Below are positions 25,601 through 36,269 of a stretch of DNA of 38,858 nt, one piece after another; position 1 is the stretch's first letter; each line of letters begins with the position of its first letter. This stretch comes from Pelomyxa schiedti (taxonomy: Eukaryota > Protista > Evosea). The notes under the pieces were generated by a model. That model saw only the letters and a list, made by a program, of their open reading frames with translations, ran no database searches and was not told where the DNA came from. Both the position numbers and the translations under genes were made by a program. The stretch is taken from positions 1 to 38,858 of the forward strand of contig JAHLWZ010000954.1 of the NCBI GenBank assembly GCA_020536535.1. Reading direction: 5' to 3'.

Positions 25601-27730
25601 GGAGGAGGTGGTCAGGATCTTTCACTGGCAGCTTTCATTTTATTTTCGTTTAAAAAAATAGATACAATAGGAATATTTTTACCATTAGACACTTCAGTGT
25701 ATTGGATAATAGTGCACCTAAGAGTGGGAACTCATCTCTAGAAATGTGCTGCACAATGAAAGGGGCAAATACTTCACATATGATAGTGATACTGTCTGGG
25801 TCCTTGTAATGACTTGAGTACAATTTCTTGGGAAGGCATCATTTATTTACTTTGGAAAGGGAAGCATTCAACAGTAATGCTACCATTTTAACATGTGTAC
25901 GCTCCACAAGGGGAAGCTTGCGCTGGAGAGTGTCAGCAAGTAGATGAAGATTATCTGAATTTGTTATTTATAGGTGTTGAATACAATTACCATACCAGAT
26001 TGGATCAAATTGGCTAGTTCAATCCATGATTTCTCAGATATCCAGCAAGACATTTTTGTTGATAGGTACCACATCAACATGGAGCCAACTGCCTTTACAT
26101 CACTAAAAGCAGTGACAGATCCAGATCCCTCTTGTTAGGCTTAGCTTGTCAGGATGAGGAAAAGAAAATGTACGTTTTTCAAGTGCCTCTCTAAGCTCTG
26201 TCACTTCTCTATTGTACCTCTCATTGAATATAAGTATGGATGCCAGTGTCACTGGTGCATCAGCTGGAACATAACTTAGGTATGACAGTTAAGGTCTGCA
26301 AGGCATACCAGAGTTCAGCCAGTGTATCAGAGAAGTCATAGAATACATAAAAAGGCGAGGGATATCAACAAGAAAAACCAGGTTTTGTTGATTCACTGCC
26401 TACAATAAGGTCAAACCATTTTGTAGCAGTGGGGTAATGTACAGTACTCGACCCAGATTTGATGTCTTTTTCAAAAAAAATAGAACGAATAGTCTTCTAG
26501 AAGAAGTGTGAAAAAAGTAAACCATAGCAGTAAGTCAACCATTTTTTTTGATGATGATGACTTGGTTGGACGAGATGCAGCGTACTTTTTTGGATCAAAA
26601 GTGCTGTCTTCAATTGTGTGACCAGTGGGTGTCATAATGAGCTCTTTCTTGGAGGATGTTGGGAGATCAAAATGCAAACAACGAAATTGGAACCTTTGGT
26701 AAGTCTATCACCAGCATCTTGGGGTTAAGAAACATTTGAGGACTATCCACTGGAGCTAATTCAAAATCTTCAGGACGATAAGAAGTCCTTTTCCTCATTT
26801 AGTATAATTGCATGTATAAGTATCACCACTCAAAGGCCCTTATCACTCACTCACACACCACCAGACAGATAGGCACACACACAGACACACACACCACTGG
26901 CTGTGCTTGGCCTGTGCGCTTCGCAGTACCATTCCAGCCACCTCCCTCACAGTGGTAACACTGGGTGTGGGGCACACAACAGCCTGCACCACCTCGTATG
27001 TCTTTGTAAGCGCACTGCCGCTGTTGGAATATCCAACGGCCTCCGTCCCACTGGCGCTCGTGGCCGCCCTCTCCCTCTGCCTCAGTGCTGCAAGTGCATA
27101 GGCGACCCTGATCACCACGGAGCCTCCCATAATCGGGGTCTTGCTGTTGTAGACGCCACCACTGCCGCTTCCCCCGCCGCCCACATTGACACTGACACTT
27201 GCACTGAGGCCTCTGATACTTGTTGGTGTTTGTGCTGCTGTTGAGCCGGTGCCCACACCCTCCAACGCAGTTATGGGAACGTGGACCGCCCCACTGGTGC
27301 TGTGGCTGTGGCTGTGGCCGTGCCCGTGCCCGTGGGCGTGGCCGCTGCGGACGCCGTCGCCCGTGGTCGCAGCGGGCGGCGTCGCGGGCAGCGGCGGGGT
27401 CCTGGAGCCCGAGTGGGCCGGGAGCGACGAGGAATACGCGGGGAGGGGCGGCGACGGCGCGGCGGGAGCCGTGGGGGGAGGGGAGCGGGACGACGGAGGC
27501 GAAGAGAGGGCCGGCGGCCGGGGAGCCGCAAAAGACGGCCTGGAAGGGAGCGACGACGAGTACGAGAAGCCCGTAGGAGCCGGAGGGAGAGGAGGAGGAG
27601 GAGACCCAAATGACGATGTGCTGTTCCCGCTGTTGTTGCCTGTGATGCTGGCCGTGTCGTTTGCGGAAGGGATGGGCAATGCGGAGGAAGAAAGGGACGA
27701 CGCCATGTTTTGGCCCTGTTGAAGCAGCAT
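16662..27730 (-). CDS. Roco-family protein kinase, Pats1-like: Ser/Pro-rich - RhoGAP-like - GRAM/myotubularin - LRR - Roc - COR - TKL kinase - WD40 - Pro-rich tail
   Basis: GRAM/MTM: LLPNEQIL, WCTNYRL, ICSTYP, FRTLSG, RFGTF. Multiple LRRs (LDLSGNNL, LNISGNAF). Roc P-loop GSSSVGKT. Kinase: GEG|SAAVVY, VAVK, HRDLKSPNIL, VADFG. WD-like repeats, then ORF 16662-17738. The link to the 5' ORF 26843-27730 is inferred from splice sites. Confidence 0.82.
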
Positions 27731-27902
27731 TCACGTGTGATCGTGGGGGTGGGAGGGTGACTGTGATGTGAGGACGCTTTAGGGGTTTGTGCGTCTTTTT
27801 TTATTTCCCTTCTTGATTCGGGGAAAGTGACAAGTGCACGTTCGCGGTTTTACTAGCCCCAGAGGTTGACCACTCTAAAAACAACGGAACACATTCGGTC
27901 AA

Positions 27903-29387
27903 ATGGCAAACATAGAGGCAGCGCTGGCGGCACAAAGAAACAGGTTCGTGGGTTGTATTTGTACAAGGGTATTTCGGGTCAAGTTCCCTCACTGTTGAAT
28001 GATTTTAACTTTCTTACGTCGGAATCGAATCGGGTATTGGGAGCGACACTATTGACATCTGAATCAGGTTGAAGAAAGCATCCACTGTCGAGAAGAAGGC
28101 CGATTTGGTCTCCCAGGCCGAATCCCTCGTCCAATTCGAAACAATACGAGCAAAAGTCACAGAGTGTGATATTGAAAACTGGTTCTCTTCTCCATTTCTT
28201 TCCTTTTCTTCTGCTCTTACATCTGTGTAGGTATGAGCCACTGAGAGAATGGACCTATCCAACGGTTTTCGACCCAATCTCCATTGAAGAAGGAAAAGCA
28301 ATGGTCCGTCACTTTGAGCACAAACCTGTGCCTACCGATTCCGCCCTCATTGCTCAAATGACTTCACGTCTGCAAGGTGTAATCAACTCTCTGCCTGCAA
28401 GGAGTGCCTTCATAAAGCTTTCTTCTAGGTAAGCTTACTTCCAAAGATATATTGTTTCTCAGGTTCCAATTTGACTTTTAACACAACAAAAGATGTGCAA
28501 AGGATGCTGCTACAGCTTCCTCTAGGACAGAGGAACTGCTGCGGGAATTTCTTGCACCCCATAGGACTTCCAGTTCAATTTCAATGAACACTATCCTTCA
28601 GGTACGATCCCGTGAAGGATCTTTGGTTTTCTCATTAGCACATACTCAAGGGTCTTATGACTGCTCACATTGAAGCACTTAAAGTAAGTGATGCTTCAGT
28701 TTGTGTCCGGATGATGCTTGAAAGTGAGAGAATATACAACGACCTTGTCACTGCCTTGGAGCATCCTGAAAAATGGAAGCAAAATTTCGTATTACGGGAT
28801 TGGGTTCCTATTCCCATCGGACTTGAAATTCGAGGCTTCGTTATGAACAATAGGTTGTCCTTGCTACCAAATTGGTGCTTTTCTAATTTCCGTTCAAGTC
28901 TGACCGCTCTGAGTCAATACTACCATTACTGCTACTGGCCAATTCTAGCTGAAAATAAGCTTCGGGTTCTCAACATGGTGCGAAACTTCTTTGAGACTGT
29001 CAAGAATGTTGTTCCAGTAGCTGATAAATGGTACGTCCTTTCTCCATTAGACCCATTATTCACTCGCACAGTTATGTAATAGATTTTGCGGTTGACCTCG
29101 AACATGACAAAGTGATGATTGTGGAACTGAACCCCTTTGGTGAATTCATTGGAATGGGCACATCCACTGCCCTTTTCAATATAAAAGAGGAGCATGGTAT
29201 GAACAACCTCCAAAACACAATCACACACCAATCACAAAACAACAATACAATAGACCGCGAAATTCTGTTTGGGAGGGCACCATTTGAGTACAGGATTGAA
29301 GAGGCACCGCGGTCTGATGACCAAATATGGTCCCTTATGGGCTCAAACTTCTGTGCCATAGTGAAAAAGGAAAACCTTCGTAGGTAG
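27903..29387 (+). CDS. Cdc123/D123-like (R2K clade) ATP-grasp protein with an N-terminal WH2/actobindin-like motif
   Basis: Spliced motifs: DIENW|YEPL, AFIKLSSR, SERIYNDL, LEIRGFV, LTALSQY, YVIDFA, IVELNPF...TSTALF. Exon 1 (27903-27943) joins exon 2 (28068-) to give MANIEAALAAQRNRLKKASTVEKK. Confidence 0.82.
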
Positions 29388-29449
29388 AAGAAAAAAAAGT
29401 AGTTTTTTTTTCACACAAGGGTAATAACCCACAACATTGTAAATTCGTG

Positions 29450-31804
29450 TTAAGAACTGTTGAGCAAAAGGCATAAGGGGCAGTGACTAGAATAAATAAT
29501 AAGGAACAGAGGAAGAAGGGAAAAAGGAGCAATACTCTGAACCAAGAACCGCGGCTCGGCGCCAAACAATCTCCACATTTGGCATGAAGCCCTTGCTTAC
29601 AATGAAGTAATCAAGCCTCCTTTATCCACAGTTAGAAAAAAATAAGTTCGTTGTTGGAAGTACACACCAACCAACATCCTTCTCTCTGGATTTTGAGGTA
29701 TACGTCCAAAACGTGTAGAACTTCGTTGATTTAGTAAAATACAGAATGGGTGGTAGTTTGGTACTTTTCTTTTCTTTGGGAAGAAGTGTCGATAAGAATC
29801 AACAAATCCCGCATCGAGAATCTTCGTGAAACTGTCACGTTCTGGGTAGGTAAAGCCAGCAGATTTGTTGCTCTGTGATGAATTAATTTCCTCGTTACTT
29901 GGCTGGAAATTTGCTCACGTTGCTTTTTGGGTTTGCAATGTCGATCCACAGATGTGCCACCTGCAATGTATGGGAATTCTGTGGGAAAAAAAAAGGGAAA
30001 AAAGCCATACATTGAGATCACCACACCACACTACAGGTTTAGTTGCCTCTAACTTTTTAAGGTATGCAAGAAAGTCTATATCCCACTGCATACGGGACTC
30101 GAGACTGTTTTTTGTTACTTCAAGAAATAAGCACTTTCACATACTTGACTAACCCACGTGATGCATTGGGAACGTAAGTACAGACCATGAAAAAGTTGTT
30201 GAATTCTGCTGTGATGAGCCTGCCTTGGCTGTCATGATCGGGAATTCCCATTCCACATGTAACCTTCACTGGTGCTACCTTTGAGAAGATGCTTGGAGAT
30301 GTAAAAACGAGGCCATTACACAATTAAAGCATACGCAGTTCCAGAGTACCCAGCTTTGTCCTCACAGGTGCAGAAAAATTTATGGGGTAAAGAAGGGATT
30401 GCTATTGCTTTCCCTGGTTTCTCTGCAATCTTTGTCTCCTGAAGGCAAATGATGTCGGGATCTTCTTTGGTAATGTAATCTGCAAATCCTTTCTGAACAA
30501 ACTTTTTAGATCCAACAAGAAGCATAACATTGCACACCTTGCAGACAGCGCTGTAGCCAGCAACGTTCCAAGAAACGATTTTTAGTTGCCCTCTGCACAA
30601 AAGCAAAAATTAGGAGCAGTTCAATAAGTGGCAAAGAGTTTACGGCTTTTTAGCAGGGAATCCAAAGTCGGTGTTTTCTCTGTCACTTGGTGAAGCCACA
30701 TCACCACTTTCCCAGTACTTATCAGAATCAGCAGCTCGTGAAGGGTCCACCCACGCACGGCCAGGAGGGTGGTCTGGGTGACCAGCGGCAGCCTCGGCAG
30801 CAACAGAAACAGCAGAGGATGGAGAGGTTTCTTCATCTGGAGCAGCAGCGGAACTGCTGGAAGTGGAAGTAGTAGCTGTTGTAGTTGGGGCGCCGCTATC
30901 TGCTGGCTTTTCTGCTGCCTCCTCGGCTGCGGAATCCGGCTTGGCATCGGCGCTTGACTTCTTTGACCTGGAGCTCCTCGTCCTTGGGCATTCTGATGAC
31001 TTCTTGGATCCCTTCTTCTTCGATGATGATGATGATGATTTCCCCTTTGACGACGACGACGACTTCTTCTTGCCCTTGGCCTTGGCCTTGCCCTTTCCCC
31101 TGCTCTTTGACGACGACGACGACTTGGACTTGGAGCCCCTCTTCCTCCTGGCGCCGCGGCCGTCGCCGTGGTCGCTAAAGTCCTCGTCGTCCTCGTCGTC
31201 TTCCTCCTCCTCGTCGTCGTCCTCGTCCTCGTCGTCCTCATCGTCGTCCTCGTCCTCCTGCTCCTCCTCCTTGTCCTTGTCCTCCCCGCCAGATTCCGTG
31301 GCGCCCGAGGCCCTCTTCCTGGTGCTGGACCTGGTCCTCGTGCTGGGGCTCCCGCTCGAGGCGGAGGCGCTGGCGCTGGCGCTCGCGGTCTCGCTGCCTA
31401 CTTTGCTGGACGATCTTCGGGTGCGGCCCTTGGGGGCTGCTGGGGACTCGGGCGTGCCCTCCTTTGGTGATGCTGCCGCGGATGGCTCCTCCTTCTTGGC
31501 GGGCTTCGACTCTGCTGCCGCTGTTGTTGGCGGTGGGACGTCGACTGGCTTGGGGAGGGGGGCTGCTGCGTCTTTGGTGTCGACTTTGGACTTCTTGGCG
31601 TTGGGCTCTACGGGTTTAGCTTCAACATTTTCACTCGCGGTCGTGGTCTTGGGCGCTTCGCTCTGTTGCGTGTCGTTTCGTTTATTTTTGTATTATACAT
31701 TAAGAGTGGAGGTGCACGAGACAATGGTGGCGCAGACGTGAATTGTGATACTAAGAGTAAAAAAAAAAAAACAACGATGATACCTGTGGTGCGGTGTCGG
31801 CCAT
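29450..31804 (-). CDS. APE1: AP endonuclease 1 / exonuclease III family, with a long charged disordered N-terminus
   Basis: After splicing: [47 protein letters not shown]|VAH, SAGFT..ER, DSYRH, YTFWTY, GW|RLDYFIVS and SD|HCP, ending at TAA 29452-29450. First exon MADTAPQ starts at 31804. Confidence 0.93.
31170..31285 (-). repeat. GAC/GAG trinucleotide tract encoding the poly-Asp/Glu run of the APE1 N-terminus
   Basis: Plus strand reads (tcg/tcc)n, which is acidic codons on the minus strand. Confidence 0.9.
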
Positions 31805-32015
31805 TACAACGAAGGGGGAAAAAAAAGGACTTGATTTATTTTTCGAAGAGATCGCAAAAAGGAAGTGGAGGGAAAAAGTTCTATTTTTTTCTACTTCCCC
31901 CAACAGGCAAATTGGTTGATACAACAAACGACGGGGCGCTGTTCCAGAATACTGTACAAAGTACTGTATAGAATAAATAAACATCAGTAGTAGCACATCA
32001 GAGACCACGTTGGCC

Positions 32016-32354
32016 TCACTCCACGATGACAACAGAAGCAGCAGAGGCAGACAAATTTGATGGCTGTGATTTTCTGTTGCTTTTGTTCTCTCCACTGTGT
32101 GATCTGTGCTGATGATGGTGATGTTGGTGTTGTAGGTGGTTGTGGTGCCCCAGGTTGTTGTTGTGGTGCATCACAGCATCCCCGCCGTCGTCGCAGTCGT
32201 ATTCAGTATGGTTTCTGGCGTGCGTTGTAGGCGAGCAACAGCAGCAACTACCACAGGCCTCTGACAGCATGAAGTATGGTACTTGTATGGTTGGAGGCTT
32301 CCTGGCAACCAATACTGGTGTGGATGGTAGCGAACCAACTATGGTTACTTCCAT
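32016..32354 (-). CDS. His/Asn-rich low-complexity ORF: either the terminal exon of the CTL-like gene or a small separate gene
   Basis: 112-aa ORF (HHNNNLGHHNHLQHQHHHHQH). No splice link could be established. Confidence 0.3.
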   Translation of the reverse strand: MEVTIVGSLPSTPVLVARKPPTIQVPYFMLSEACGSCCCCSPTTHARNHTEYDCDDGGDAVMHHNNNLGHHNHLQHQHHHHQHRSHSGENKSNRKSQPSNLSASAASVVIVE

Positions 32355-32721
32355 TTGTTTTCTTAAGGTTTCGGTTGTTGTTGGGGTATGGTTGTTGTGG
32401 TTAGTTGCTGTTTGCTGCTTGTTGCAAACTAGTTTTTTAATTTATTATTTGCCAAATGCTGCGTTGTGCCGCTTAAAAATTGCGTTCCCTGGAGCAAATA
32501 CGTGTAAAATTGTTATTTTCGCTGCAGTGTACTTGTACTACTGCTTTTCATGGCCATGTTGCCGTGAGGAAGGACAAAACTTAAACCGTTTTTATCCAAA
32601 CCCGGCGTGGTGCCTGGAGCAACTTTTTGGGATTCCTCTAAAACAACTTGTTGTTGGCGTTTTTCCGGAAACGGAATCGGTTGTGTAATCTTTATTGGGC
32701 TTTTTTTGGGTGTCTGAACCA

Positions 32722-34733
32722 TCAACACTTTACTCCAACTGAGCTTCCACAGACACAAACGGCTGATGATATCGCGGAGGCGTGGACATCAAGAACAAAC
32801 TTGCACACATCACTCCATGCTGCTTTTGTCGGCAAAGTGCACTCGTTTTCGGTTGTGTAACACGTCATCACGGAGGTGCAACTTGTCTCAAGGACGCCTG
32901 CGACCCATATTAGAGAAAATTGTATACTCTTCATTCATATTAGGTATTTTATAAATATTGTGATAACGGAGTGGGTATTCACTAGCAACTAGAGTGGTCA
33001 CAATGCATGACGAAATACAACTGGTGAGAAGTGCGGCTATGGTTATTGATCCAAATCTTGATGCATTTTCATTTTTGTTGTAAGTAAGGGAATGAAGGGA
33101 CAGCGGTCATACAGTGATATGGAAACAATGATCACAAAGGTCAAGGTAAGAGTCACGCAAACAACTCTGTACATATTTGAGACCATTGTTGTGACAGTTT
33201 GCTCCACAACAACAGTGGCATGATGATTAGCTAGTGCTCGATGGGCATCCCTGAGACATAGTCCAAAATAGTAGGTCCAATTCCTCTCGCAATGTTTCTC
33301 ATCTCTCACCCAATGGAATGCAACTTGACTGTATGACATAGTGCATGTCCTTCCCATATGTTCTACTCCACCACCTATAATTGATGTCATCCAGCACACT
33401 ATACGATGACACGGCCATGGAGAAGCCCGAAATAAAATTCGGAGTATTGTGCTACAGTGCCGGACCCATAGCCATAGAATATTTGCCAATAGTGACATAA
33501 AGCTGCATAGAGATAGTGTTCCAATTAACTGCAGTACCACAATTGGGCTTCGAAGTGTGATGCACATCATTTTTGAGGAAGGATGTAGAAACCCACCAGA
33601 TATGTACCTTTGATACGTAAAAATTAGTAGAAGGAACTGAACCACAAACCAATTTGCAACTTCCACTGACACTCGGAATTTAAACAGTGCATAGAGTAGC
33701 ATGATACACCACAGTAATAAAAATGCAGATAAGTAAATAAATCGCCCGCCTATCAGCCCCGCTCCAGTAGCCGCTATCAACCATACAATTATTATACTCC
33801 AGCAGACAAGCCCTACAACAAGTCCCGAGAAGAAGATTTTCATCATAGAACTCCAGTTGTAGAGTGCCCCAGAGGCAACTTCAATAAGTGCACATGTGGT
33901 GTCGATCTTTCTCATAAAATGGCGTAGTTGAAGCCTTATCCCTTCAAGAGCAAAGAAAAGTGCCACTACGATTACTGCTGAGAGTATACAGCCCGCTGCC
34001 ACACACATTTGCCTTGCAGAAGAGGCTGTAATAATCTTTGCAAGGAAGAGAAGTGCTCCAAGTGCGTAAAGTGTAAGGATCATCTGTGGAGAAATCAGAG
34101 TGAAACGCGGAGCGACAGAGGTGGTACAATGTAGCTAGCCAAAGTGAAATACACTACTGGTTTTGCACAGAACTTCAGCAAGAAGCCCCACGTAACCTTG
34201 TACAAGTAAGAAAACTTACTCAATTCCATAAATACCATGCATACCGAAATAGTCCCCACCACAGCCAGGCTCAACAAACAGCAAAAAGCTTCCCTCCAAT
34301 GTATGGCCTTCACCCAGAACGCGATTAGATTGTTGGGTTTTTTTTATTTTTATTATAAAAACTAATACAATGCATGAAACACTGACTGACTTAAAACAAA
34401 AAATCAAAACATCAATCTTCTAGTACCCACTTGCCAAAGGCGATCACAGCCCCCTCCTTTCACAGTAGACCCACAAAGCCACGCCAATCCAATTCCCATA
34501 ACGCCGACAAATGCAACCCCAACAACCAAGTCACACCAAGGCAACAATTTCCACGCCCATTCGTGGTTACAACGTTGATGTTGGTTATGACTAGCACAAC
34601 AGCGTTGCAGATTGCCAGTGGATGACTCGCCGCCGCCGCCACCGGCGTCATTATGGGACGGCGGCAGGGACGGCGATTCCAAGTCAACAACGAGAGGTTC
34701 CGTCAACGTCACAAACGGGCTACTGTTGGCCAT
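32722..34733 (-). CDS. Choline transporter-like (CTL/SLC44/Pns1) multi-pass membrane protein; 3' end uncertain, may extend to 32016
   Basis: About 10 hydrophobic segments, plus CTL-like blocks LRHFMRKIDTTCALIEVASGAL, FRVSVEVANWF, YYFGLCLRDAHRAL and GVLETSCTSVMTCY. ATG at 34733 (MANSSPF). Confidence 0.6.
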
Positions 34734-34859
34734 TTCGAGAGACCCAAATGCACACAATGACTAAGCCCAGCTCCATCCCTGCCCTTTTGTCGTTTTCATT
34801 TTTAAATTTTCTGATGTGGAATCTCTCAAATCTACAAGAAACACGGTAGTGACCAGCCC

Positions 34860-36233
34860 TTAGGAATTGGTGTCCATGATGAGCTTGGCGTACTGGACTG
34901 CGGCGTGCTTGAGGGTGTAGTCGCTCGGGAGCCCGTAGGACTGATAGTTGGGCACCACAGTGGTAACAACGGCCTCGAATTTGCCCACTGGGGGCGGTGC
35001 TGCAGAATTCGAGTCGGCTGAGGCAGACGCAGCAGAGGGGTCCACGATTTTGAGCGGCAGGGCGTTGTGGAAGTCTTGGATTCTCTGCCGTATCCTCAGA
35101 TTTTCGGCGTCGAGAGACATGGCGCTGCTTTTGAGCTGCGAGATTGCCTGCGAAATCTGCTGAAGCTCGCTCTGCGGCGCTTGGTTCTGGTGTGACGTCT
35201 GCAAGGCGACTTGTTTCTGTTGGATTTGCTGCATGACGCTTTGGTGCTGGCTTGCTATGATTTGAAGCTGGGCCTCGAGGGGCCTGGCTTGCTGCTGGCC
35301 GGTCATTAGATTCCAGAACTCTTCCACCAGCTTCTGGTCGTTCAGTCCGTCCTGGGTCTTCAGTTCCGATTCCAGCGGGGGGTAGTCAAATTCCACCACA
35401 ATCACTTTCTGGCCAGCCTGAACCTGCGACTGCCCCTGCGAAGCCTGCTGCGTACTGTGGGACAAGAACAGCGTTGGGCCAGAATTGGCCGCACCCGCCG
35501 ACGAAAGCAGCCCCACAGAGCAAGATACATCAAACCCACTGCTCTTCCCCCCATAGCCTCCCCCTCCTCCACGGAGCACTTTCCACCCAGATATGGTGGC
35601 CAGCCTCAGCCTCGCGTACATTTTGGACTCCGCGGCCAGGATGGTCTCGCCCTCGCGCCCCAGCTCGGCCACGCAGTTGCCCAGGACGTAGAACGAGGAC
35701 ATGGAGTAGGGCGAGTCGCGCTCGGCGGTCCACAGCGACTGCGTGTGGGTCTGCGTGCACCCGAGGAGGGACGAGGCGCCGCTGCCCCGCGGCCCCGGGA
35801 ACCTCACGATGTACATGGGGTTGACCGTCGCGCACACCGTGGTCACGTGGGCCACCTCGCACTGCACCTCCCACGGCACCGTGACCGCGGAGCCGGGCAG
35901 CGGCAGGGACTGCGAGCCGAGGCCGCCCTTGGAGGCAGCGGAGGAGGAAGAGGCCGAGGACGAGGAGGAGGAGGGGGTCGCGGGGGCTGTGGAGGAGGAC
36001 ATGGGGGTGGGGGCGGTGACTGAGTATGCAGAAGAGGAGGAGGACGAGGAGGAGGAAGCTGGGGAGGGGAGGGCGGAGAGGGAGGAGACGATGTGGGAGA
36101 CGGAGAGGGAGTGGGAGGATCCCGTGGTGGACCCGAAGAGGGACTCGGCTCGGAGGCGGATGGCCTCCACAAGCTTGAGGGGGTCCTCCCTCGTGTTCTT
36201 GGTGAGCACAATTTGGATCACTGCCTTGACCAT
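34860..36233 (-). CDS. MED20: Mediator subunit Med20-like, intronless, with low-complexity insertions
   Basis: C-terminal VVPNYQSYGLPSDYTLKHAAVQYAKLI and VIVVEFDYPP resemble plant/amoebozoan Med20. Probable start MVKAVIQ at 36233, inside ORF 34860-36635. Confidence 0.65.
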   Translation of the reverse strand: MVKAVIQIVLTKNTREDPLKLVEAIRLRAESLFGSTTGSSHSLSVSHIVSSLSALPSPASSSSSSSSSAYSVTAPTPMSSSTAPATPSSSSSSASSSSAASKGGLGSQSLPLPGSAVTVPWEVQCEVAHVTTVCATVNPMYIVRFPGPRGSGASSLLGCTQTHTQSLWTAERDSPYSMSSFYVLGNCVAELGREGETILAAESKMYARLRLATISGWKVLRGGGGGYGGKSSGFDVSCSVGLLSSAGAANSGPTLFLSHSTQQASQGQSQVQAGQKVIVVEFDYPPLESELKTQDGLNDQKLVEEFWNLMTGQQQARPLEAQLQIIASQHQSVMQQIQQKQVALQTSHQNQAPQSELQQISQAISQLKSSAMSLDAENLRIRQRIQDFHNALPLKIVDPSAASASADSNSAAPPPVGKFEAVVTTVVPNYQSYGLPSDYTLKHAAVQYAKLIMDTNS

Positions 36234-36269
36234 TTCCCAGTTGTTGATATTTAATATCCCCAGCAGATC

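Noticed and set aside
26847-27734. Alternative-frame and antisense ORFs of 110-295 aa over the Roco first exon
   Set aside because: Stop-poor GC-rich DNA. Only the Ser/Pro-rich frame 26843-27730 has a plausible splice continuation.
30863-31741. 292-aa plus-strand ORF with poly-Ser and poly-Asp
   Set aside because: It is the antisense shadow of the APE1 low-complexity N-terminus; repeat codons lack stops on the other strand.
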